A program made the translations under genes and the position numbers. The notes beneath the pieces were generated by a model that worked only from the letters and a program-made list of their open reading frames with translations, was not told the DNA's origin and made no database searches. From positions 1,674,001 through 1,738,000 of the forward strand of contig NC_043010.1 in the NCBI RefSeq assembly GCF_006345805.1: a DNA stretch of 64,000 nt, in the 5' to 3' direction. Source of the DNA: Octopus sinensis. Its lineage: Eukaryota. Each line of letters begins with the position of its first letter. Position 1 is the stretch's first letter. Below are positions 13,397-26,888 of the stretch, piece by piece.

Positions 13397-15585
13397 TGTT
13401 CCTGATTTCTTAATTGTTAATTTTTCAAAAAGAAAAAACAAAAAAAACAAACGAATGCAATTTTCGCCATAGCATGGAAATCTACATCAGTGTGGAAATT
13501 TTGAAAACAATTCATTAAAAATTGGAAACTCATCAAATGGTGGGAAGAGAACGAAAATGATCCGATTTTTGCTGTACTTGCATTTGTCTATGTTATTCAA
13601 ATACATGCTACTGGCCACTTCGAGTTACTTCTTTTAACTAATTTGTGAGTGTGTGTGTGTACATCTATCTATCTATATATATAAACAAATGAAAGGATAA
13701 AATACACGGAAGGTTAAGTTGAAAAGCATATGCTGAATGCACAGACAAACGGAAAACAAAAACAGAAGGTCACCAACTCCTCCCCAGTTATCGGTCAGGC
13801 TCTCAAACGCAATTTCGTGCCATTATCGATAATATTGCTTCCATTCAGGTGGCACCAGTAAGAAAACTTGCCGGGAATGCGGCTAAAAACAAAACGCGAC
13901 GGACAAACAATGGAGGAACAAGAAACACGGAAATGGATAGAAGTAATTCGAGACGGGGCCGCTTGTGAGAATATAGCCTTAGGGCCCAGGCGAAGACAAC
14001 AAAGAAGAAGAAGAAGAAGAAGAAGAAGAAGAAGAAGAAGAAGAAGAAGAAGAAGAAGAAGAAGAAGAAGAAGAAGAAGAATACATATACAACAACAAAT
14101 AAAGCAGTTGGCTAGCAGACAGCCATTATGGAGTAAGGCAAAAGAGACATGAAACATGTCCTCAAGGACTAAAGACAAGAGAAAGGCAGAGCAAGGAACA
14201 GAGTGACCGATCCGGTCGAAGGTAAGGCGAAACAGAAATGAGACCGCCTTAGATCGTGACTGGTCATGTAGTAGTGGGAGGAGAAAGAAAGAGTCAGAGG
14301 GACTAGAGAAATGGAGGAGAGTAACAGGGAGGGAAAGAGAGAAGAGACGCAGAAAAAGGGAGAGTGCGCCTTTGTAGCAGCACTTATAATAATAGAGGTA
14401 GTTTCTGCGGCAATATTCGGTCACGTGATAGTTATTCCCAAGTCATGATGGCCATATTAATTGTGACTGGTTCTGTTAGAGGTATCAGAAATGTTCACTG
14501 GATTTGCACTGATGTTGGAACGGAGAGAGATGATCGAGATGGCTTTTAAAATGCCTGCTCTCCCTCCTTCACATAAAATCTCTTTTAAAATTTTTACTTC
14601 TGGAATTTTACTCGTAGCAGCTTTTAACAAATTTTACATCCATCCATTTATGAAGAAACACATTTTGTTTATTTTAAAAGAATTTTTTTTTTCTGGATTT
14701 TGTTTATCTTTGTTCTTCACTTCGTTCATTTTTATGCTTCATTCCAAATGCACACACATCTATGTACATGTAGATATATACGCGTGAATATGTTTGGTAT
14801 ATATCTACTTATGTGGATGTACGCCGTTATGAATATATATATATGTATGTATGTATATAAGTATATATAGGCACACATACTTATAGATTTTTAAATACAT
14901 TAATATCTATACGTGCTTACGTACATGCACATATTCACACACACACACACATACACACACTCACGCACACACACACACACACACACATACACACATATCT
15001 ATTTATCTATCTAATATTCAAATACATTTGAATATTTTATTCTTTCCTCTGAAATTCCCATTACAAGAAGTAATGACTAGTCTCGCGTTGTTGATATTAT
15101 CTATCTATCTATCCATATATCTACATACATGCTAATACTCATATATATATATATACACACACACACATATATATATATATACACTCACACACACACATAT
15201 TTGTATTTTGTATGTGTATGTATGTACTACGTATCTACACGCATATACTCCAGCAACAAGCATCCAAACACGCATGATTCTCATACACAATTATACATAC
15301 ACTCACATATCATACGCGCAGACATATGCATACGTACAATCTTGTGCACTTGAATATTTCAATGTTAAGCGAATATGCAAAAGTTTCTCCAATTGTATTT
15401 TCTAAAGTCTATGTGCGTCTGTGAATACACACACTAACACAAACATGCATGCATACATACATACATACATACATACATACATGCATGCATACATACATAC
15501 ATACATACATACATACATACATACATACATGCATACATACATACGTGCATGCATGCATACATACATACATGTAACTTTATCTTTT

Positions 15586-15834
15586 ATCTTTTACTTGCTT
15601 CAGTCATAAGACAGCGGCCATACTGGAGCACTGCCTTGAAGAATATATATATATATATATATACACACACGCACTCGCGCCCGCGTGCGAGTTCGCACAT
15701 AAAGGCAAAACAAGTTGGTAAAATAGTACTCGAATACTGAAGGTAGAGTAACACGCTTAATCACAACTGTCCGACGGAGAAGAACGGGAAACTCCAAGTC
15801 ATAGTTTTTTGTGATTTTTTGCAACTTTAAGAAA

Positions 15835-15874
<40 letters not shown>

Positions 15875-15954
15875 TATATATATATAATTATTATTATTAT
15901 AATTATTATTATTATTATATGATCGAACGCCACGCACCCTTTTTCAAGTAAGAT

Positions 15955-16001
<47 letters not shown>

Positions 16002-16119
16002 CACAAGACTTTGGTCGGCCCGAAGCTATAGTAGAAGGCTCTTTGCCAAGGTGCCGAACAGAGGGCCTGAACCCGGAACCATTTGGTCGAGAAGCAAGAT
16101 TCTTACCACACAGCCACGC
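15586..16119 (-). mobile_element. SINE family C tail (15586-15646) and head (16001-16119) fragments
   Basis: cttttacttgcttcagtc...cggccatactggagcactgcc tail; ggtcggcccgaagctatagtagaag...cttaccacacagccac head. Confidence 0.65.
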
Positions 16120-16317
16120 GGTGGGGGTGGGGTGGGGGAGTAGAGAAAGAGTTAAACGTAAAGCTATCATATCTTAGCCAGTGTGCAATTGCAGAAATCC
16201 TTGCATATTTGCATAACATGGAAACACACTTTAGTTTAACAGACACTAAGTGCAGTATAAGCAAAAATAATAAAACAATATTGTTGTTTTATGGGGAGGG
16301 GGGAGAGGTGGAATGGT

Positions 16318-16485
16318 GATGGTAGCGGTAGGAGCGATGGTGGCGGTAGGAGCGATGGTGGCGGTAGGAGCGATGGTGGCGGTAGGAGCGATGGTGGCGG
16401 TAGGAGCGATGGTGGCGGTAGGAGCGATGGTGGCGGTAGGAGCGATGGTGGCGGTAGGAGCGATGGTGGCGGTAGGAGCGATGGT
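16318..16485 (+). repeat. 18-bp minisatellite (GATGGTGGCGGTAGGAGC)x9
   Basis: Eight identical units, one variant unit and a partial tenth. Confidence 0.95.
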
Positions 16486-16639
16486 AGGGTATTACTCAAA
16501 GAGACTTGTGATCAGCGATTGCTTTCCCTGCCGTTGCTGATGTCGCTACTGTTCATGTTAATGCTGCAGCTGTTGCTCTTGCTGCTGTTGATGATGATTG
16601 CTATGTCTTGCTGCACCTCCCCCGCTCTATGTAGTTGAT

Positions 16640-17360
16640 CCTATATTTGTTGTTGTTGTTGTTGGTAATGGTAGTGGTGGAGGCGGCGGTGGAAGTGGGG
16701 GTGGTGGATAATGTTGAGATGATGATGGTGGTGGTAGTGATGGTAATGATGGTGGTGGCAGTGATGGTTGTACTGAGGACGATAATGCTGATAGTGGTGG
16801 TATTGATGATGTTGGTGGTGGTAAAGGTGGTAGTGGTGATGCTGGTGGTAGTGATGGCGGCAATGATGGTGTTGGTGTTGGTGATGGTAGTGGTGGGATG
16901 GTGTTGGTGGCGGTAGTGATGGTTATGATGGCCGTATTGGTGGTGGGGTGATGGTGGTGATGGTGGCGGTGGTGGCGGTGATGGTGGTGGTGGTGACGGT
17001 GGTTATGGTGGAGATGTTGGTGGGGGTGGCGGTGTTGGTGGTGTTGGTGGTGGTGATTGTGGTGTTGGTTATGGTGGTGGTTATAGTGGCAGTGTTGGTG
17101 GTGTTGGTGATGGTGGCGGTGGTAGTTATGGTCGTGGTAATGGTGATGGTAGTGGTGGTGATGGTGGTGGTGGTGGTGGTGGTGGTGCTATTGATGTTGT
17201 TGTTGTTGGAGGGGTGGTATTGGTAGTGCTGGGGTGGTGGTGTGTTGCTGCTGGTTCTCCATGTTTCCCCGTTGTTCCACATTTCCCTTCTCTTTGTTAC
17301 TGTTGTTGTTTTTGTTATCATTGTTGTTCTTGTTGTTGCTGTTGCTGTTTCTGTTGATGT
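16640..17360. repeat. GGT/GAT/GTT trinucleotide mosaic
   Basis: Directly visible. Confidence 0.9.
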
Positions 17361-17840
17361 TGCTGTTTTGATGGCGGCGTGGTCTTTCCTTTTTTCTTTT
17401 TTTCTTTTTTTGCTGTCGTTGTTGTTGTTAAGGTATTTCAAACAAACAAACTAAAAGAAAAAAATTAAAAGAAAAAAAAAACGAGCATTTTATTTTTATT
17501 TGAAATAAAATTACTCTGCTCAGATTTGTTGCAAAAAATATTTCGTTTATATACGTGAGTGTATTTCTTTCTCCCTACACATACACACACACACACACAC
17601 ATACACACACACACCACACACACACACACATTCACACACATTCACACACGCACACACACACACACACACATTTCCATATGTGCGTATAGATATATACACA
17701 TACATATAGATATATGTATGCATATATAAATATATATGTATACACCGTGTGTGTATAGGTATGCATGTATATGTATATACACACACCCTCACTCACTTCA
17801 CATATACTCACATATACACGCATACGTACATACTCGTACC

Positions 17841-17881
<41 letters not shown>

Positions 17882-18171
17882 TATATATTATATATAATTA
17901 TATATATAATAATATATATAATACATATATTATACATATCTGTGTGTGGTGCTTTTCTCTTTCACCTCTCCCCCTTTCGCGAAAGACAAGCATATATACG
18001 TGCATGTGTCTGTCTGTATTTATATGTATGTATGGATGGATCTAAGAATGTATGTTCGTGTACCTCTTGTGCCCATCAGCTGCACCTGCATTCATACTCC
18101 ACCAAAAAGCCTCATACTGCTGCTGAGCGTACACACATACATATATGCATGCATGTATGTATGTATGTATG

Positions 18172-18203
<32 letters not shown>

Positions 18204-18516
18204 TATATGTATATATGTATCTATCTATCTATCTATCTATATTATATATATATATATATATATACACACAATCACATATACATACATACGTACATATATG
18301 TATATATATGGAGGGGGTATTGGATTTTTTAATGCAGAAACTGCACGCATAGATGCATGACTAAAAAGACCATGATGGCGGTATACACCGATATACGTAC
18401 GTACGTAGTGTGTGCGTGTTTTTAAATGTATGTATATATGCATGTGTATATGTTCGTACGTATGTATATATGTATGAATGCATGCATTATGTAGGTCTAT
18501 TAGTCTATTGATATAT

Positions 18517-18561
<45 letters not shown>

Positions 18562-18927
18562 ATATATATATAATATATATATATATGTATCTATGTATCT
18601 ATGTATGTATGTATGTTATAAGAGTTCAGGGTTCAGTTGAATCTGTTACTTAAATAGTAAAGCACCAATGCCGGGTAAAGAAAATAACAATTGTGTATGA
18701 AACAAAATAAGAGGAATATATACGTACATGCCGAAGTACAGACGGATTAATATTGCAGATGCATATACGATCACAAGCGCCTGACTGATTATACCACGAA
18801 TCTCAAGACTGTACCAAGGAACATATCTTACCAACTTAATTGCGCTTAATAGACTCCAGATTCACGCTTATTGCAGGTTCCAAGTAACGGGAATAATAAA
18901 TAAATAACAACAGATAGAAATTGCTTC

Positions 18928-19012
18928 ATTCACTACAGCTGTTTCAAACGTGTTTTTTTATTGATGAATAGTTATTACATCATACGAAAAAAATCATTTT
19001 CATCAGGTGAAT
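18928..19012 (-). ncRNA. type I hammerhead ribozyme, long helix II, palindromic helix III
   Basis: Minus strand: AUUCAC-CUGAUGA-[AAAUG...CGUUU]-GAA-ACAGCUGU-A-GUGAAU; 6-bp helix I, GUA cleavage triplet. Confidence 0.65.
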
Positions 19013-19289
19013 ATACACGAATTGAATATTATAAAAACCATTCCAAATATCAATAATATGTGGCACTTCATGATTCCAGGTTAGCTTCAGCCAAAGAATG
19101 ATTTGCTTACTCTAGTTAGTAGCTTGTGCAGGAAAATCATTAGGAGCGGGGAGGGAGGTAGGGAAGACGTTTTAGGGAGAGTATGTTGTAGCGGGAATAA
19201 GAAAACAAAATAGGAGATGAGAATCAGATATTCTGCTCTAACTTCATAAGTTACTATAGACACCTAAGGCACAAATCTGGACAAGCTTG

Positions 19290-19527
19290 TTTATGGAAGA
19301 CCCGCAGTTGCCCATGCGTACCAGTCTCCCTCGCACCGATGTTATCCAAGAGAAAGGCAAAGGCCGATACAGCTTGGCGCCAATGACGTTGCAACTCACT
19401 TCTACAGTTGAGTGAACTGGAGCAACGTGAAGTAAAGTAGCTTGCTCAAGATCACAACACACAGCCCAGTCCAGGAATTGAACTCACTACCTCGAGATTA
19501 TGAGCCCGATGCTCTACTACCAAGCCC
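19290..19527 (-). mobile_element. SINE family D with a distinct tail
   Basis: Head and centre gagttcaattcctggac...gatcttgagcaagc...cgttgctccagttcactca; tail aagctgtatcggcctttgcc is not shared with the other D copies. Confidence 0.65.
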
Positions 19528-19607
19528 ACACACACACACCACACACACACACACACCACACACACCACACACATATATTATATTAATATATATATATATA
19601 GATATAT

Positions 19608-19655
<48 letters not shown>

Positions 19656-19845
19656 ATATAATTATAAAATGAGATAGGGGTTGAATTTTTCACCCACCAT
19701 GGGATAACATATATCCAATATACTGCTAGATAGGTACCCAACAAGACTAATACATAGATGTTAAAATTGCCAAGCAATTAGTTCATCTATTGTAATATGG
19801 GCAAGGTAATAATATTACCGTAAATTAATACTATATATGTATATA

Positions 19846-19896
<51 letters not shown>

Positions 19897-19967
19897 TGTT
19901 AGGTATGTATATATATACACATATATATATATATTATATATATATATCATATGATAATGTATGTTTG

Positions 19968-20029
<62 letters not shown>

Positions 20030-20039
20030 TATATATATA

Positions 20040-20339
20040 TCTTTATATATAAAAGAGAACTTGTGTGTCTGTCTGCCTACGATTTAGATTCCTAACTACT
20101 CCCACATTTTGCGGTGCAGTGTAACCAAAAGCGGGTATCTTATAGTCGTGATTCATATCGAGCCCTTCTGGTATTAGTGCGCATCTACGATGAGTCTACG
20201 ATTTAAAAAAAAAAACTACCATCAATTTTTCCCATTTTTAATGCATTTTTTTGCTATTATATAAGGGAAGTAACTCTCTAAAAATGCTTATATAGTTATT
20301 TCCCTTACAAACCCGAGCAACGCCGGGCGATACTGCTAG
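20040..20339 (+). mobile_element. non-autonomous Helitron-like element
   Basis: A|TC start, CTAG|T end, same 3' palindrome and 3' segment as 11163-11549 but a different 5' body. Confidence 0.72.
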
Positions 20340-20349
20340 TATATATATA

Positions 20350-20600
20350 TATAAAGGAATACAAAAAAAATGCGACAAGAACGCAAAACATCCAGACAGA
20401 TGATACAAAAAGGGACAAGAAAACACAGACGAGTCATTCGAAGTTTTCTTTCTTCAGTCGAGTTCCAGATTATCTTTGTAATTTCGGCTGGTTAAACTCG
20501 AGATTGCTCCAATCTGGCCAGCCCCAAGGAAAAACTAAGCTAAGAGCACAATATTCCTTAGAAGAAAGCAGCGAATGTAAACGAAAACAAGGACGAAAAA
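20350..20600 (-). repeat. interspersed repeat, possible Penelope-type terminus; second copy at about 28977-29105 (+)
   Basis: Reverse complement of 20351-20461 aligns with 28977-29105 (gactgargaaagaaaacttc...ggatgttttgcgttctt). Confidence 0.55.
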
Positions 20601-20631
20601 AACCGGAGATAGCGGCATATGTACACTTTAG

Positions 20632-20718
<87 letters not shown>

Positions 20719-21154
20719 AAAAATTATTATTCTGTGCGTTGCTAATCAAATCCCGGCACGTATTGGGAAACTGTCAGTAGCAAAGGAGTGAATCCTTTGA
20801 ATTAAAAACACCTTTATGTGGATACCACCTGAATAACCGAACTGTGACTTTGTTGATAAATCACACCTGCTACCATACATGGCATCGAGTGCTTTTTAAT
20901 AGCTCGTGACTATGAATATGCACTCACAACTTCCCACTTTTATGTCGAAGAAACAGGAGACCACGATCCTCGCCAGCAGCATGTCAGTTTTCCATCACCA
21001 ATACACAAAGAAAAAGAAAAAACCTATTTAATAGAAACAACTTTAAACTGATTTACAGCTGTACTAATATTGTTTGAAATTTTAGCACAAGTCCAGCAAT
21101 TTCGAGAAAGGTGTCTATAAAATAAGTACTAGATGATCACTGGGCTCGATTGGG

Positions 21155-21678
21155 GTCGATTATATCTGTACTTATTTTATCTGGTACATATTTTATCGAC
21201 CCTGAAAGGCGAAGTCGACTTCGGCGGAATTTGATCTCAGAATGTAGCGGCAGACGAAATAACTATTTCTTTACTACCCACAAGGGGCTAAACATAGAGG
21301 GGAGAATCAAGGACAGACGAAAGGATTCAGTCGATTACAACGACCCCAGTGCGTAACTGGTACTTTATTTATCGACCACGAAAGGATGAAAGGCAAAGTC
21401 GACCTCGGTGGAATTTGAACTCAGAACGTAACGGCAGACGAAATAACTATTTCTTTACTACCCACAAGGGGATAAACTCAGAGAGGACAAACAAGGACAG
21501 ACAAAGGGATTAAGTCGATTATATCGACCCAGTGCGTAACTGGTACTTATTTAATCGACCCCGAAAGGATGAAAGGCAAAGTCGACCTCGGCGGAATTTG
21601 AACTCAAAACGTAGCCGCAGACGAAATACTGCTAAGCATTTCACCTGGCGTGCTAACGTTTCTGCCAGCTCGTCACCG
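21155..21678 (-). mobile_element. SINE family A head-to-tail trimer
   Basis: One head followed by about 180-bp units restarting at tatttcgtctgc; third unit truncated. Confidence 0.85.
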
Positions 21679-21882
21679 AAAATACTAATAGCTGGTAGAT
21701 CCCTATCCAGAGACTCAAGATATTTAAGAGAGTGACAATACTTCCAATGCATCGCCAATCTGAGCAGTTAATGCTTCTTTCTACTGAAATAGGTCATTTA
21801 GATGTCCAGTAACGCCTAATGTCTAACTCAAAAAGCTTTAATGATCGTTTTGCAGTTCTATATTTAAGAGATGAGGAATTAT

Positions 21883-21984
21883 GTACCAGTTACGCACTGC
21901 GGTCGATATAATCGACTTAATCCGTTTGTCGGTCCTTGTTTGTCCTCTCTGTGTTTAGCCCCTAGTGGGTAGTAAAGAAATAGG
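21883..21984 (+). mobile_element. SINE family A 3' fragment
   Basis: gtaccagttacgcac...gtagtaaagaaatagg. Confidence 0.8.
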
Positions 21985-22029
21985 TTCTTCCAGATGACTA
22001 CGAGGTATACCCTTCATTCGCTTCCCAGT

Positions 22030-22240
22030 CGAGTGAAGAAGTTAGGGCGTTGTACTCATGAGTGTCAGATGGTGGTTTCGATTTCTGGACCAGGTATGTG
22101 GTGCATGGTGTTCTTAGGCAAGGCACGTTATTTTATGTTGCTCTCTACCACTCAGCTGTAAACTGTAAATGAGGGACCCAGCGACGGACTAGTGACCCGT
22201 AACCCGTGACCCGTCCAGGAGGAATGTTGTGGTATAAGTC
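22030..22240 (+). mobile_element. old SINE family D copy
   Basis: gtggtttcgatttctggacc B box and gtgttcttaggcaaggcac...ccactcagctg centre. Confidence 0.5.
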
Positions 22241-23494
22241 ACTTATACACGGTGATGGTAGTGGTGGTGGTGGTAGTGGTGGTGGTGGTGGTGGTGGTGG
22301 TGGTGGTGGTGATATACTTTAGATACATGACAGTACCATCAGTCGGCCCGGTCCGAGATGCACAAAGACTGGCTGACGAAACCTTAATCCACATACTTCG
22401 TCATTCTTCTTCCATGCATTGTTGAGTTATGGAATTGTGTTAAACATTAGCAGTAGAATGAAGAAGGAAACCTGCTGTCAGGCACTCGAGTCCATTGAGA
22501 AGAAAGCCTCGTAACCTTCCTTTGACAAAGCAGAGTATACAGTTTATCTCTTGCCTCTTGGATTTACAGAAAGAGGTTGAGTAATGGATGTGACTAGCAT
22601 TATGGAGCTCCAGTTTCAATGTGTACGTACAAAACTCGCTGGACAAACCATCTATAAACTGCTGAATTTTCCTCTACATCCACTCACTGCCGTCTATATC
22701 TAAGCAGCAATTAACGTCGAAATAAGGATTGAAGTCCACCACCTCTTCTAAATAGCCGAGCAAGTATTGCTTAAAAATCGTACACATCTCACTGAGATTG
22801 AGGTGGAGGAATAAATGGTGGGTACAAAGACAAAAAAAAAACAAAAAAAAAACCGAATTGTGACTTTGATAGTCGTCACACTGCTGCAACTCATGCTATT
22901 AAACGGCTTTTGGTGGCTTGAATCTTTGGAGCATGCGCCCACAAACTTCCGGTTTCGCGTCGAAGAAATGCGAGAAAACCAATTTCTCTGAAGTCGGTAT
23001 TAACTTGCTGACGATAAAGGAAAGAAGAAAAAAATGCAACAAAGAATAAAAAAAAATAAAGAAAAAAGCTCATATGTTCCACTCACTACTTCTTGCTTGA
23101 TTGGTTAGTAGAAGGAAGAGCATTCAGCTGTAACGAAAGGAAAAAATACACAGAAAAAAAAGACAAGAAAACAACACTGCAATATAGAAACCGTTGCGTC
23201 ACTGCAAGCGTGGAGAAAAAAAAGAAAACAATATGAAAACAGCTGTAAAAAATATAAAACATAAAAAATAACGGGACAAAGAAGAAAAGAAAAAAGACCA
23301 AAGAAGAAAAGTCATTTAGAGTAGTTATTTATTATTAATTTATTATTATTAATAATATGTTATTATTAATATTGTGTTATTATTATTTTCAAAATTTTAT
23401 TATTAGCACTGTCGTGTTGGAAAAGTTAGGGTTATTTGACCCTAAGTTCATGACAAAAGTATTTATTTAACCCATTTAGAGGGATTTCTGTTAC

Positions 23495-23547
<53 letters not shown>

Positions 23548-23654
23548 TATATAAAATATAAAATATATACATGCACGTGTATGTATATAAGTATACATGT
23601 ATATATAATGTATATATATGTATCTATATATATATATATTGTATGTAATATCTG

Positions 23655-23708
<54 letters not shown>

Positions 23709-24562
23709 TATATAATATATTGTTGTTGTTTTGTTTGATTGACAAATTTTTTGTTAACTCCAGTCTTTGATTATTTAGATTTTTCAGATGGAATATGAAG
23801 AAAAACAATATACGTAATAATAGAATGGAATTGTCTCAACCAAAACGCTATACATCGTTCTGCTTTTTTTTTTTCTTGTCTTTTTTTTTTTTTGTTAATT
23901 ATTTGGTTGAGTAAAGTTTTTTATTTTGGAAGATGAGGGAACAATTTATGTCCTATATTTTTTATATCGTATTTTCTTTTTCTCTCTGAGTACCGAATGC
24001 GAATTTGGGAAAAACAATCAAATGGCTTTAAAAAAAAAAAAAAAATTCTGTAGTTGAGATAAATGATGACAAAAAATCGCCCCGACCCAAAGAAAAATCA
24101 CAAATGAAAACCCCGGAAAAACAATTTCATAAGAATCTGTTGACGTTTTGCGTCGGTAAAATGTTGAGTTTGATAAATTTCATAAAATTGAATATAATTA
24201 CGTTTACCGCGAGGAACACCATTAATGATGCTGAGAGCAAGATCCTTCATCGAAGATAAATCTTAATGTCTATATTATAGAACTAGTAGGGACCAATGAA
24301 GAAGTACAACTCTTGATTGAATTCTGGATTTGATTCGGAAATATTTGGAGTGGCTCTCTTACCAGAAGAGAAGACAACAGGGATGTTGATTAACAAAAAC
24401 AAATATGTACCATATATTCACACCCCGTGATTGATACGTTAGGCGGGAGGGTTGTAACTCACTAGTAGTAGTAGTAGTAGTTTCAAAACCGTCACAAATA
24501 GCAGATGCCATATTCCTTTCTACAATAGGCACATGACCTGAAATTTGGCGGGGGAGTGAGGT

Positions 24563-24743
24563 AAGTCGAATACATTGACCCCCACCCCCACCCAGAGCTC
24601 ATTTGGTACTTACTTTACCGACCTTGGAAGGATGAAAGGCAAAGTCGACCTCGGCAGAATTTGAGCTCTGAACACAAAGACGGATGAAATGCCGCTAAGC
24701 ATTTTGCCCGGCGTGATAACAGCTCTGTCAGCTCGCCCCTTTA
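24563..24743 (-). mobile_element. short SINE family A variant
   Basis: ggatgaaaggcaaagtcgacctcggc centre and cagctcgcccctt head. Confidence 0.75.
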
Positions 24744-26888
24744 ATACCGTGTGCAATATTGTGAGCATATATGCTATACACTATATCTGCTATACACCAT
24801 TTAAGAGCAATTGAGTGACACAATTACTAGAGCACACCACTACATACTATACATTACATTGATATAAAATCAGATTACAAAAAACAAAAAAATGAAAATT
24901 CTGAAGGGGTCAAAATTTCTCCTCTCATCCCCTTCCAGGGTCAATAAAAGGACTAAAGTGTAAGTTATATATTACTCCTCCCCTAAGAATTTCTATCTTC
25001 GTGCTAACATAAGAAATAATTGTCAAGCATCTCAGATAAATAAATAAGACAAGAAGTCGTTTAGAATTCCAATCCTTCTGTTTTGGTTTGTGTTAATTTT
25101 TATTCTTTGTGATGAGGACTCTTTCATCTATTTCCGTTCACTTTCTTTGCTTCGTTATTTTCTTTTAAATTTTTTTATTAAAAATTGCTTGTTTTATTTA
25201 TTTTACTCCATACTCAAACTCACACTATATAAGCATTAAAAAAAAATTCCAAAATTCCGGGGGAAATAGTGAGAGCCTGCATCGACAATAGGTAATCCAA
25301 ATAAGTATTTAACGTAGAATATCAATAAATTTAATTGCAACTGAATGCAAAAATCTAACGTTTCGGTATCTTCTCCTTCCTCAGACAGTAGACAAAGGTT
25401 TACCCGCTCTTGATCTTTTTTTCTACGCCTGCTGAATTGCAAGTATCCGAAATGTCTAATTTTCCACTCATCACGGTGATTGACTTCATCAACATTCCAC
25501 AACACAAACACTCTTTATACAACTAATAGGTGATGAGGTGATCGAGCAGCTTCTTTTCCGTTGTCTTCTTTCTTCATGGCATAAACTCTTATTCTTATTT
25601 CTGTGTCATAAAGCCGAGGTTTCATAGACACATACATACACACACATGCGCACCCCGCCAACATATATACACTTATATGTAATATGTAAGTATCTATCAA
25701 TGTACATATATATATACAGACACACACACACAACACACACACATATATATATGTGTGTGTGTGTGTGTGTGCATGTATATGTGTATACATGCATATATAT
25801 GTATATATATATATATACATATATACATATATATGTATACTAGATATATATGTATATACATACACACACACACACTAAATATATATATATATATATATAT
25901 ATATTATTTTTTTTGAATGACATAATATATTAAGAAATATATATATATATATATATATATATATCTATATATGAAGGAATGAATGTATTTATAATGAGTT
26001 TCAAAATGGCTTTTCATCGTTGCTTTATTTTGTATTGTTCTCTTACTAATATAGTGGTCGACACTTCATGTGCTTTGTGTCACCTTCCACATCTCACGAA
26101 GTAGTGGAGGGGAGGTTGTCACTTCCGGTTGAGGCGCCAAACGGATCGATAACAAATCACTGTTTCATTGGTCGTCTTCTTGTTGATGGGCTATGGTAGT
26201 AGTGATCTTCAGAACTGGTTGCAATTACATTAACTCTGTTTTGGTGTCCTACTGAAGCAAACAGAAAATGAGAAAGTCACAGTTAGAAAGTGTGAAAGAA
26301 TGAAAATACAAAGAAAAGAAAGAGACAATGAAGGAATGAATAAATGAAAGAAAAAGAAAACGGAAAATGACAACAGAAGAGGCTGAAGTTTTTTTAAATA
26401 TTGTATTAGCCTAACACATAAATGAAGGAAAAGTGTCTTAACGTTTCTGCCGTTAGTTCTTCATCAAAAAAGCATAGCAGAAATCAGAAAGAGTAAGAGG
26501 AAGTGTGTATGCATGTGCATGCGTGTACACACATGCGCGCACGCACGCACACACATGTGTGTGTGTGTGTGTGTATGTGTGTGTATGTATATTTGAGTTT
26601 GTCATTCTATATATATATGTAGATATATGTAACTATATACATACACATTCACATACATACATGTACACATGCACAGACGCTCCTCCCTCATGTATATATG
26701 TATTATTTTTATGGTATTATCTTACTTATTGATGTACATTGTTTTATTCTGTGTTATTCTGTTGGATTTGGATGTTCCTATCTAAGTAGTTAATAAATGA
26801 TATGAATTTGTATTTTCTGTAAGTTTATGATTGAAAGGAATCTGTTCCTCCATTTTCTTATTTGTATATATATATATATATATATATA

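Noticed and set aside
13795-14424. 209-aa minus ORF and 94-aa plus ORF
   Set aside because: Length depends on an (AAG)n tract; no domain and no coherent exon structure. The E-box at about 14421 alone is too weak for a promoter call.
21155-21678. CRISPR-like regular repeats or tRNA genes
   Set aside because: These are SINE units without unique spacers; the tRNA-like A and B boxes belong to SINE heads and do not form full cloverleaves.
22400-22820. Possible L2/CR1 ORF2 C-terminal relic (LSYGIVL, ALESIEKKA)
   Set aside because: Similarity is too short and broken to support without a search.
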